This document shows, in pieces, positions 11,431 through 23,482 of a stretch of DNA of 64,000 bases. Each line of letters starts with the position of its first letter. Within the stretch, counting starts at the first letter, position 1. The position numbers and the translations under genes are program-made. Source of the stretch: Octopus sinensis (taxonomy: Eukaryota); the NCBI RefSeq assembly GCF_006345805.1, contig NC_043004.1, positions 72,540,001-72,604,000 of the forward strand. Direction: 5' to 3'. The notes beneath the pieces were generated by a model that did no database searches, was not told where the DNA came from, and worked only from the letters and a program-made list of their open reading frames with translations.

Positions 11431-13937
11431 TCTTGACTTCATGGATGACTTCTTCTTGTCCCAACTGGTACTCGAACCAACGAGATGTCACAAAAACGTC
11501 TTAGACTTAATTTTCAGCAATCACACTGATACTATCCACAATATTGCAGTGGAGAAAACCCTACTCTCCGACCATGACATGGTTCTCTGTGATCTGAGAT
11601 TTCACTGGCCAAAATGCAAAACAAATGTCATCCCTCCTGTTCATCCATTTGACACTATGGATTTCCACAATGCAAACTGGGATGCGATCAATAATGATCT
11701 TGCACAAGTCGATTGGTCCTTCACGCACACATACACACCCACTAACATCAAAAAGTCCTGGCAGCCACTTGTAGACACCATCACGAACATATGTGCAAGA
11801 CACACCCCATTAAGATCTGCAAACAAATCTAAGTGTCGAATCCATAGAAATAGAAAATCTCTCATAAGGAAAATTAAAAGAATCAACAAAAGATCAACAT
11901 GCTGAAATACTGTCAACAGCAACACACCAACTGACTGCCATCTCGTCGCTAGAGATTAAAAAACATAAACTCCAAAACAACATGATGTCTATCATCAATA
12001 GTCAGCGAAGAGCTGAAGAGGCCTGGCCATTGAGAAGATCAAACTCAATCCCAAAGTGTTCTTTTCATTTGCAAAAAAACACAGAGTCACTAGTTCTACT
12101 GTTGGCCCTCTGATTGATGAAAATGGTACTCTTCAAGACAATGCCAAAACCATGGGAGAGATATTGCAGAAACAATATTGCTCTGTTTTCAGCAATCCTG
12201 ATATGACTGATCTGGGCTGTATCAGTGATGTTACTCCCCAATACACTTTATCGGACATAACATTTGGCGCTCCTGATGTCTTAGCAGCAATAAAGGAAAT
12301 GAAGCATAATTCAGCAGTAGGTCCCGATAGGTTCCCTGCTTGTGTCTTGAAGATGTGTCAAAACCAACTTGCACCCCCTCTAGCCAATCTGTGGCGGAAC
12401 TCATTGGATGCTGGATATATACCAGAAGACCTTCTATCCCAGTCTGTTGTCCCAGTTTTCAAAAAAGGAAACAAATCGCTTGCCGTGAATTACCGTCCAT
12501 CTCACTCACCTCTCATATCATCAAGGTATTTGAGAGGGTGCTGAGATCGCGTATGACTCACTTCGTTGAGAGTCATAATATGCTGACCCCAACCAGCATG
12601 GATTCCGTAATGGGAGAGATTGCCTGACGCAGCTACTGCATCATTTTGATGACGTTTTGAGAGCCTTGGGAGAAGGTTCCAACACTGATGTCATCTACCT
12701 TGATTTCAGCAAGGCCTTTGACAGGGTTGATCATAAGATCCTTCTGAGAAAGCTGTCCAATATTGGTGTCACTGGAAAGCTGCTGCAGTGGATCAAGTGC
12801 TTCCTGTCTAACAGAACCCAACATGTTGTAGTCGAAGGTGTCAAATCCAGCCCAGCCAAAGTCAGCAGTGGTGTCCCACAAGGCACTGTGTTGGGCCCAC
12901 TTCTCTTCATCATCTACATAAATGATATTACTGACACCATCAAACACAGTAACATCAGAACCTTCGCTGATGATTCCAAGCTCCAGAAGGTCATCAATGG
13001 CGTGGATGACCGAATAAACCTTCAGTCAGACCTACTGGCTGTTGTCCAATGGGCGGAAAAGAATAACATGTTGCTAAATGAAGACAAATTTGAACTGATC
13101 CACTTTGGAAGGGAGGACGCTCTGAAACTCCCATACTCTCTTCCTTCTGGAGAAATTCTCATAGCATCCAACAACATCAGAGACCTGGGAGTAACAGTGG
13201 ACAACAACATAAGCTGGGCTACACATATAAGCAGCAAAGTTGACATGGCCCGCAGAATGTGTTCCTGGATTCTCAGAACCTTCCAGTCGAGAGATTCCCA
13301 CGCTATTATCCTTCTCTTCTCCACTTTTGCCCGACCCACCTTGAATACTGCTGTCCACTGTGTCTCCCTAACAAAACAAAATATTATGAGAATTGAAGCT
13401 CCCCAAAGGTCAATCACAAAAAAGATAGATGGCATGTCAGACCTTGACTACTGGGGTAGACTAGAGAAGCTGAAATTGTATTCACTCCAACGACGCCGTG
13501 AACGCTACATTATCTGTATGATGGGAAAATATTCCACCAGCACTGTCCGAATGATGTGGGCATCACCTTCAAAATGCATCCAAGGCTCGGACCACGTGCC
13601 ATCCGTCCACAACAAAAATCTAAATCGCATCACATAACGACATACGGCACAACTATTTCACCTCTCAATTGGACCTGCTCTCTTCAACATTACACCAGGG
13701 CACGTCAAAAAAGAAACTGACCACACAAAATTCAAGAAGTCTTTGGACAATCCTTCAAACAGTACCGGACAAACACACCCCACCCCCGGATATGTCTCCG
13801 CAAACAATACTCTCTGCTCGAATGGGCCTTGGTGCCCAATCCTGAACTGAAAGACTTCGCCAGGTGGTGCTATTAAGTTAGACATGGCCTGGGCCAATAC
13901 TGGCCAAACCCTTTCTAAGTTATTCTAAGTTATAAGT
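11431..13937 (+). mobile_element. CR1-like LINE, 5'-truncated in the endonuclease, frameshifted
   Basis: VLDLIFSN...LLSDH, AVGPDRFPA, VIYLDFSKAFDRVDH, SGVPQGTVLGPLLF and FADDSKL motifs. The 3' UTR ggtggtgc...catggcc hairpin and (TCTAAGTTA)-like tail match 22169-22241. Confidence 0.92.
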
Positions 13938-13940
13938 TAC

Positions 13941-13971
<31 letters not shown>

Positions 13972-14718
13972 TATATATATACATACATACATACATACAC
14001 ATACATATGCATATACATGCACACACATACACACACATTTCTTCCCTTGTTTTAATTTTATTTTTATTTTTATTTTTATTTTTATTTTTATTTTGACCTC
14101 GGCCAACCAGGCCGGCACTGAAGTGAGGTCCTCCCAAGGGAGCTAGTCTAGCTGGCCTAAAGAAACCATTTATTGCCCCTCTCCCTTCCTTTCTATCTTT
14201 CTTCCCACTGATACGAGCACAAACACTCACACACGCACACACACTCACAAACAGACATACACATACACAAACGCACGTGTTATATTCATACATACATAAG
14301 TGTACCGACTTTCACATATACGTACACATAACTATGTACACACAAAACCACATATATAAATAAATGTACTTCAGTACACATAAACACACATGAACATCTG
14401 CCCGCATATATAGACGCATATGCCTATATACAGACATTTGTGCATATAACATACATACGCATATACGCATTATACGCATCCATACGCCTTTAAGTACATA
14501 TTAGCACACATGCACGCATACACGTGTACATAAAAGCATACCTACATATATCTACCTACACACATACATCTACATACATGCACGTATATACACATACGTA
14601 CACGTACCTACAAATTCATATCTACACGCATACACATACATACATCTATACACACACAGAAGACTAGTCCATACATATACACAAATAAATATATATACAT
14701 ATACATATATATATATAT

Positions 14719-14773
<55 letters not shown>

Positions 14774-15080
14774 CATATACACACACACATACGCATATAC
14801 CTACATATACATACACACATATACTTACACCAGTCATATACATACCTACATACACATACATCCATATATCTATACATATACATACACATATATATACACA
14901 TGCACATACTAATACACATACGCATATCTACGCACATACACGCACACACATCTATCTACATATATAAAAAAAGAAACCCAACAAGTCCATACATATACAC
15001 ACATACACATACATACATGCATATACACATATATACCCATACATATATACACATACATACACGTACACATATATACACAC

Positions 15081-15115
<35 letters not shown>

Positions 15116-15338
15116 CATATACATACACACATGCATACACATACACACACACACGCGCATCTATATATACATAAATACATACATGCATAAATGTATACAT
15201 ATGTTTATACGTATGCATACACATACACACACACGCGCGCATCCATATATACATGTGGATATGGATGTATGTGTGTATGTGTATGTATATGTATATATAT
15301 ATGTATATATGTATATATATATATATATGTATATATAT
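13937..15338. repeat. Compound low-complexity (TA)/(CA)/(TACA)/(TTTTTA)n tract
   Basis: Read directly. It generates many spurious YI/CV ORFs. Confidence 0.9.
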
Positions 15339-15559
15339 AATTCTTTTATGTATTCTTTTATTTATTCTTTTATCTACTTTATCACTGATTCCTTTGACCA
15401 CTCTCCTAAGAATGATAGTTTGCGCCATGCCTACCCAAAAAGCCCCACCAACCACCCCTTAAAAACCTGCCTAAATGTATAAATGCCAAAACTATTCTTG
15501 TCACCTAGCTTCCTGATGTGTTTCGTTTGAATGAAACAGTTCTAGTCCTGTAGAAGCTC

Positions 15560-15560
<1 letters not shown>
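15338..15560 (+). repeat. ~220-bp hammerhead-bearing repeat, right copy
   Basis: Hammerhead-like motif at 15507-15558. A third partial copy lies on the minus strand at 16109-16140. Confidence 0.75.
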
Positions 15561-15615
<55 letters not shown>

Positions 15616-15685
15616 TTATTATATATATATATATAGTTATATATATATATAACATATATATATATATATACATACATATATAATA

Positions 15686-15719
<34 letters not shown>

Positions 15720-15734
15720 TATATATATACATAC

Positions 15735-15782
<48 letters not shown>

Positions 15783-15844
15783 TATTTCTATCTATGTTAC
15801 ATCTTGTCTGCATTTGAATGCAGACAGAGATGTATACATAGATA

Positions 15845-15914
<70 letters not shown>

Positions 15915-16053
15915 GTATGTATATATATATATATGTGTATATATATATATATATTATATATATATATATATATGTATATATCTATATATGTGTATATATA
16001 TATATAGATATTATATCTATAATATATATATATATATATTAAAATAAATATAG

Positions 16054-16087
<34 letters not shown>

Positions 16088-16439
16088 TATGTGTGTGTGT
16101 GTGTGTGTGGAGCTTCTACGGACTAGAAACTGTTTCATTCATATATGCACATACATACATTCAAATGCAGACAGAGATGTTTACATAGATAGAAATATAT
16201 ATATATATATCAATCTTTTGTTTCTGTCAGTAGACATAGGCCAAGATGGCGCACCGCCTTGAATAATATTTAATTGAATGAATCGTAATATTAAGGGGCC
16301 ATAAACGCACCTACGCCGGTTGTTAAACACTCTAAAACACGCAAACACACAAACAGAAACACACATACACGCTTATCCGCACATATACTGAGATGAGATG
16401 TTTCTTTCAGTTTCCGGCTATCGAAATCACTAAAAAGGC

Positions 16440-16550
16440 CCAGGTCGGTCGGAGGCTATAGCGGGAGATTCTCGTCCTTGTTGCGACGCAGTGGGACTGA
16501 ACCCAAAACTATGTTTTTGGGTAGCAAGCTTCATACATGTGCGATGGTAT
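16440..16550 (-). mobile_element. tRNA-derived SINE head, degraded
   Basis: Reverse complement reads gaagcttgctaccc...gggttcagtcccactgcg...ctatagcctccgaccgacc. A related segment lies at 38495-38580 (+). Confidence 0.6.
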
Positions 16551-16619
16551 AAGTGTTTACACATGCATATACATAGATATAATATTAATATATATGTATA
16601 TATGTCTGTAATTCCTTGA

Positions 16620-16860
16620 TGATCTAAACGCATAGATACGCTGACAAAGTGCTATATTTCGATTGTCCGTTACGTTCCAACTTCACATCTGTGGCTGGAG
16701 CTAGGGACCCGTGTTAGGCGTCTGAGTTAGCTGGTCTATATTAATTAGAAGGAAAAGGACAACACAAATCAAGGCAGCGAGGGTATCTCAAGTACTTCAT
16801 CGAAGTGCGAACTTAGGTCCCTACCCTCTGGAAAAGGATGTACTGTGAACATTATACACC
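16620..16860. repeat. Unclassified dispersed repeat, three diverged copies (also 33340-33870 and 34420-34900)
   Basis: Shared string ...ggagctagggacccgt...aggc.tc.gagttagc...ggacaac.aaa... Confidence 0.6.
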
Positions 16861-17204
16861 TCTCTGTATTCTTCTATCTACTGATATTCTTCTATTTCCC
16901 ATTTCATGCTTTTTAACTTGTGAATTTCCCTGTCCAGAACTTTCACACATAGCCGCATAGTCTCTGATGTTGGAATACTTAGTGAACGCACATGCTAGCC
17001 TATCACATGGGATATCCTAGAAACGACTGGAGGACTTCAAATTAAATATTGTAAATGACTTGTGATATTCTTCCTGCCTTCGATTTATATTGTCCGTTTC
17101 CCTTTAATTAATATTCAAATACGCACACACACACACACATATATATGTATATGAATATATATATATATGTATATATATAATATATATATATATATATTAT
17201 ATAT

Positions 17205-17244
<40 letters not shown>

Positions 17245-17328
17245 TAACATATGTGTCATCATCATCATCAACGCTCAACGTCCGTTTTCCGTGCTAGCAA
17301 GTCATATGTAGGTGTATAATGTAGAATT

Positions 17329-17382
<54 letters not shown>

Positions 17383-17399
17383 GGTACTCGTCGTGACAA

Positions 17400-20300
17400 G
17401 ACGTACTTTTTATAGCTCCCGTCAGTAGCTAACCAAAGAAGCATATTTCAACTCAATTTAACTCAACTCAACTCAAGCCAACATAAACTCTCCTTGTTTT
17501 TAATCTCAAAACTTTTGAACTCTACAATCCTACTATACTACTCTTTTACTACCATCGGAGGATAAATTTATACAAATCTATATACAACCTGAAGAAAGAA
17601 AGAATTACAACCCAAAACTAAATACTAAACCCAAGACTAGTTCTAAAACTAGCCCCGTGAGTACAATTCTTTTTTCTTGATCTGTATTAAACACACCGCT
17701 CATCCTGATTGTACTAATTAGATTGTACCAATTACACTGAACTCTCACATACACAAGCCACGAATTTCCGAGTATATCGACACAAACTTTCCAACGGTGT
17801 ATTCACTATTTTACACCAAGCCATCAATAACTGGTGTACATATACATATATACGCATACACATACATACATACATACATATATATATTACACAACACTAC
17901 CCCACTGAATATGGCCAATAATTTTCAAAAACGCCGCTGGGTTGAAAATGGAATTACTGCAATGATTAACGCTTGGTTCATCCATCACAACGAAGCTAAT
18001 GTTTACAGTAAAATAACTGAGGATTTAACGAAAACATCCTTTCACAGATCTGTAAAACAGATAGAAAATAAAATAAAAGAAATTGTTAGGATATTCCCTA
18101 TTTTTTCACGCGCACATGGCTACACTAAAAGCCATTCTTGCCCAACGAATCCAGTATACCAAATGACCAAATTCCAACAAGTCAGGGGTCACTTCAACAG
18201 CAACAATCAACTGACCTACTTCCATTGACAACAGCACCTGATGAACCAAGTCAAGTTTCACCTTCGCTACAGCAACAAAAACAACAACAACAACAACACT
18301 CTAATACTACCACTAGTCAAGTTCCAATGCTGCTACAACAAAAACAACTCTCCACTACTACTACTGCCACAATAGGAAAATCACTACTACATCCACGTAA
18401 AACTATCTGCCATTACTACTCTCAAGGCAGCTGCAGATTTGACCACATCCTGGCAAGCCAGAACCCACCATCACAAAATCAACAAGCTGCTTCTAATACT
18501 ACTGCTACTACTGCCAGAATAGAAAAACCACTACTACAACCAAATAAAACCCCCTGCCGTTACTATTCTAAAGGCAATTGTAGATTTGGCCCCAGCGGCA
18601 CAAACAACAATGGACGCTGTGCTTTTTCCCATCCGACCTTATGTCGTAGACTTGTTATGGGCACCTATCCATACGGGATAACAGGAAAAAATTGCCCCCA
18701 CCTCCACCCCAAATACTGTCCTAAATACAGAATCTATGGTTCTGATCCTAAATACGGATGCATAAAAGGCAAAGGATTCACCTTATTCCATCCTAAACTG
18801 TGCCAAACTTCTGTCTCACAAAGGTTGTGCCTGAACCCAGAATGCAACCACCACCATCTGAAGGGCACAAAACGATCACAGAATAAATATAAACATAACA
18901 GAGGAAATCTAGGACAACAACAAGAACAAAATACAACCACGTTTCCCCTCCTACTATCAAACAACGTAGACAGAACCATGAAAAAACACCAAATAACGCC
19001 AACATGAAATATGTATCCTCTGACCAAGTGGCAAACCAAACAAGTAACTCTTTTTTACTGACATACCTAGAAAATATGAAGGCCGACCTAAGCCAGGAGA
19101 TCCAGCGAGCTATCACCAACCATCTATGCAAATCACAAGGACCACTCACCCATTACCAACTTCCCTTACCTCGACATTCCTGTTAAATGTACGTGGCATC
19201 AACCCATCAATTATTGCCAAAAATGGAAGATCCCATATAAGAGAGTTGGCTTGCCGAAATGGCACATTGCTTCCCTTTCTTTATCCTTACCGAGACTCAC
19301 ATGAACAACACCCATATGGACGCAAAGGTGAAAATAAAAGATTTCACCATTGTTCGTGCGGATCGCACAGACCGAAATAAGGGAGGGACAGCCATCTTTA
19401 TCCATGACTCCTTTTCACTTGATGCCAAGGACATATTTTCCAATGGCTACTGTGAATCGGTATCACTATACAACAAAGCCAAGGACATAACCATTGTTGG
19501 TCTTTACAGGCCTCACCAGGCACCTCTAAAGTACTTTGAAGAGTGCCTTAGCAAAGTCAAGTCCTTCCTTCGGAAGTACCACTCCGGAAACATACTAGTG
19601 ATGGGTGATTTTAACCTCCCTCATGTGAACTGGCCCACAAATACTCTGAAGTTAGGCAGGTGCTCTACATCAGATAGAGCAGCAGCAGAACTGCTCTTTA
19701 ATCTGATGGATGAGTATTTCCTGACTCAGCTAGTGCTTGAACTAACGAGACAGAATAAAACGATCTTGCATCTGGTATTGACCAATCACTCTAGCTACGT
19801 TCACAGTATTTCAGTCGAAAAAACTCTCCTCTGCAATCATGGTACTCTGCAATCTTAATTCCCGACATATAAAAACCAAACCAGCCAATCCCACTACATG
19901 GCACCCATTTGACAACATAAACTTCCACAAAGCGGACTGGGGAACAATCAGAAAGGATCTGTCTTCCATCGACTGGTCTTTTACTCTCAATTCCTCTCAT
20001 ATTGAGACCGCGTGGCAACACTTTGAAAACATTGTCACCTATACATACTCTAAACACGCTCCCAAGAAATCTACTAACACAAACAGAAACCGGCTCCCTA
20101 AAAAGAAAAAAACACTCATGAGGCGCATCAAAAGACTCAACAAAAAAATCAACCAATTAAAATATTCCCACACACAACATCCACATTCAACAACAATGAA
20201 AAGACTAGAGCTGGAAAAACTTCATCTGCAGACCAACATGAAAACCTCCATTGAAAATCAAAGAGCTGTGGAGGAACAATGGGTAATCAAAAACATCAAA

Positions 20301-22241
20301 CAGAACCCAAAAGTTTTTCTATTCTTATGCAAATAAGCATAGAACCACTGTCTCACCCATTGGGCCATTGATTGATGATAACGGCATACCCCAACACGAT
20401 GCTAAAGAAATGGCAGAAATACTGCAGAAACAATACTGCTCTGTCTTTAGTGTTCCCACTGATATTGACGTAAGGGAAACGAACGAAGTTGACTCCCAAC
20501 ACAAAATCTCAGACATAACCTTCACTGCCACCGACATCGTAGCAGCAATAAATGAGGTAAAACATTACTCTGCTGTAGGCCCTGATAGATTTCCCGCTAG
20601 TCTCCTGAAGGAATGTAGATACCAACTTGCAGTCCCTCTGACCAACCTCTGGAGAAATTCGTTAGACGCAGGTTATATACCGAAACAGTTTCTATCCCAG
20701 TCGGTCATCCCGGTTTTCAAATAGGGAAACAGATCCCTCGCAGTTAACTATCGCCCAATCTCACTCACCTCCCACATCATTAAAGTGTTTGAAAGAGTGT
20801 TAAGATCAAGGATAGCTGACTTCCTGGAGACCCACAAACTCCTAAATGCAAATCAGCATGGCTTTCGCTGTGGCAGGGACTGTCTAACACAGCTCTTACA
20901 CCACATTGAAGATGTACTCAAAGCCTTGGGAACAGGTTCGAACTCTGACGTCATATATCTTGACTTCAGTAAAGCGTTCGACAGGGTAGACCATAACATC
21001 CTACTCTCAAAATTGGCAAACGTTGGAATCCGTGGAAAAGTTCTACACTGGATTAAGTATTTCCTGGCGAATAGAGCACAACATGTTGTAGTTGATGGAG
21101 TCCACTCAAACCCAGCAAAAGTCACCAGCGGTGATCCCCAGGAACTGTTTTGGGTCCGCTACTCTTCATAATTTACGTAAACGACCTTTCCAGTGTCGTA
21201 CATTACTGCAAAGTGAAAATATTTGCTGATGACACTAAGCTCCAGCAAATCGTCAATGAAGAAGCAGACCGAACTCAACTCCAGTCTGATCTATATGCTG
21301 TGAGTCAATGGGCAGACAGAAACAAAATGCAACTGAATGAGGGAAAATTTGAGCTGATGCATTTTGGAAGAAATTCCTCACTAAAACAACCATACTCTCT
21401 TCTTTCAGGGGAACCGCTCACATCCTCTAACAATATCAGAGACCTGGGTGTAATTGTTGATGACGATCTCAGTTGGAGTGCACACATCAACAAGAAGGTC
21501 GATATAGCTCGTAGGATGAGTTCCTGGATCTTAAGAACTTTCGGTTCAGAGAACAAGGTGTCATCATACCACTTTTTTCCTCCTTTGTACGGCCACACCT
21601 TGAATACTGCTGCCGACTGTGGTCTCCTCACACAAGACAAAACATCTCCAGAATTGAGTCACCCCAGAGGGCACTCACTAAACAAATTGAAGGCATGGCT
21701 GCTCTCGATTATTGGGATCGCCTGAAAGCCTTGAAACTTTACTCTCTCCAGCGTCGCCGTGAGCGGTACATCATTTGTACGATGTGGAAAATATACCACC
21801 AACTTTGCCCAAACGACCTAAACATTAGCTTCAAGGTTCATCCAAGACTGGGACCACGGGCTATACGTTCCCTGCCCAATTCAAGATCACAACATACATG
21901 TACACTGCAACATAATTTCTTTTCCTCAACAGGCCCTGCACTATTTAACATTGTCCCGAGGGAGATCAAAGAGGAAAAGGATCCCATCAACTTTAAACAG
22001 AGTCTGGATAGATTCCTTCAAAGAATACCAGATAAGCCACCCATAATTGGATGCAACTCACCCAACAAGAACTCACTACTTGAACAAAACTGGATACAAC
22101 TGACCCAACAAGAACTCACTACTTGAACAAAACAAAACTTGACTTAAACAGGATTCGAATAATCCTATCAGGTGGTGCTATTAAGTTAGACATGGCCTGG
22201 ACCAATCTTTGGTCGAAACATATCTAAGTTTATCTAAGTTT
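17400..22241 (+). mobile_element. Near-full-length CR1-like LINE with Myb/SANT+CCCH ORF1; ORF2 frameshifted
   Basis: ORF1 runs from ATG 17911 to 19007. ORF2 has LLNVRGINPS, LTETH, ILVMGDFNLP, YLDFSKAFDRVDH, FADDTKL and YSLQRRRERY. 3' hairpin at 22169-22220. Confidence 0.92.
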
Positions 22242-22299
22242 ATATATATATATATATATATATATACACTCACCTGCATGTATATATAATATATATATA

Positions 22300-23344
22300 T
22301 ATTCTACCACAACCACTACGACTGCTCTCACTAGCACTGCTACTACAACCACCGTGGTCACTACCATTACTGCTACGATCAACAGCCCCCTACTACTACC
22401 ACTGCTGCTACGGCCACAGTGAGAGAATTAAAATAGTGGAGGTGGGGGAATTACAATTTCTCAGATCCTAAAACAGTCACTCCCGCTGGCAGTGGTATGT
22501 CTTAGGGAAGGAAGAATTTATAAAAAGATTTTTTTTCTGCGAGCAGATCTGATTTTGATTCGTCAAAAAATTTATGACGTTTTACCTCCGTGGTCAAGCT
22601 TGTCGCCCTGCTTGGCTGGTTTCCTTACAAGATACAGTTATGGGTCAGATCTGGTTTTGATTCGTTAAAAAATTGATGACGTTTTTCTTCCGTGGTCAAA
22701 CTAGTCGTTCTGCTTGGTTAGCAACCTTACAGGATACAGTTATGGGTCAGATCTGATTTTGATTCGTTAAAAAATTGATGACGTTTTTCTTCTGTGGTCA
22801 AGCTTGTCGTTCTGCTTGGTTGGTTTCCTAACAGGATACAGTTATGGGTCTTTTCCTTATATTCGTTGAAGCTGAGTTTTGATTGGTTTGGAATTATATG
22901 ACGTCAGTGAACAGTGCCAGAGACCACGGCTACTGCTGCTGTCACAGCCACAGCTTAGCTGATATAACCCCAACCACTACCAAGGTTACCAAAATTACGA
23001 CCAACAGACGACGACCAAGAATCACTACTGTTGCTTCCATTGGAACACAAGGTAAAATGTATAATGAACTTCTCCACTACATTCGACAAAACAGTAAGGA
23101 ACGACTATGGATTTTTTCTATTATACTCTTTATAATATATTTGATAAGGTTCGCCTTTTTAAGAACATGGATTCTATCGAATGTATATAGCATGGATTCT
23201 ATTGAATGTATGTAACAATTATGAACTGTTCCATTATACTGTGTATTATGAATTTTTTTGATAAGGTTCGTTATTTCAAGAACCGAAACATGTAAAATTA
23301 AAATTTATCTAATATAGTGGCGTTTTCAAACTTCTTTTTTACAA

Positions 23345-23345
<1 letters not shown>
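22300..23345 (+). mobile_element. Penelope-like terminal-repeat remnant with 3x102-bp tandem and hammerhead-like motifs
   Basis: The ACT/CCA-rich segments resemble the reverse complement of 7010-7400. 23258-23345 matches the reverse complement of 6820-6921. Tandem units start at 22546, 22648 and 22750. Confidence 0.65.
23253..23299 (+). ncRNA. Minimal type I hammerhead candidate with U3-A8 core variant
   Basis: ttttt-TTGATAA-GGTTC(gttatttcaa)GAACC-GAAA-CATG-TA-aaatt. Confidence 0.6.
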
Positions 23346-23379
<34 letters not shown>

Positions 23380-23482
23380 ATATATACATACATACATATT
23401 TATATATAATTATATATATATATATATATTTATTCTACATATATATATATATATAATAATATATATATATATATATATATAT

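Noticed and set aside
10603-16138. Many ORFs rich in YI/CV/HT dipeptides, including the N-terminus of the 307-aa ORF at 10982
   Set aside because: Translations of (TA)n/(CA)n/(TACA)n microsatellites; only the part after ~11431 is LINE-derived.
17398-17440. HDV-like fold at the 5' end of the CR1 element (GCTAA motif)
   Set aside because: P1 and P3 could not be paired.
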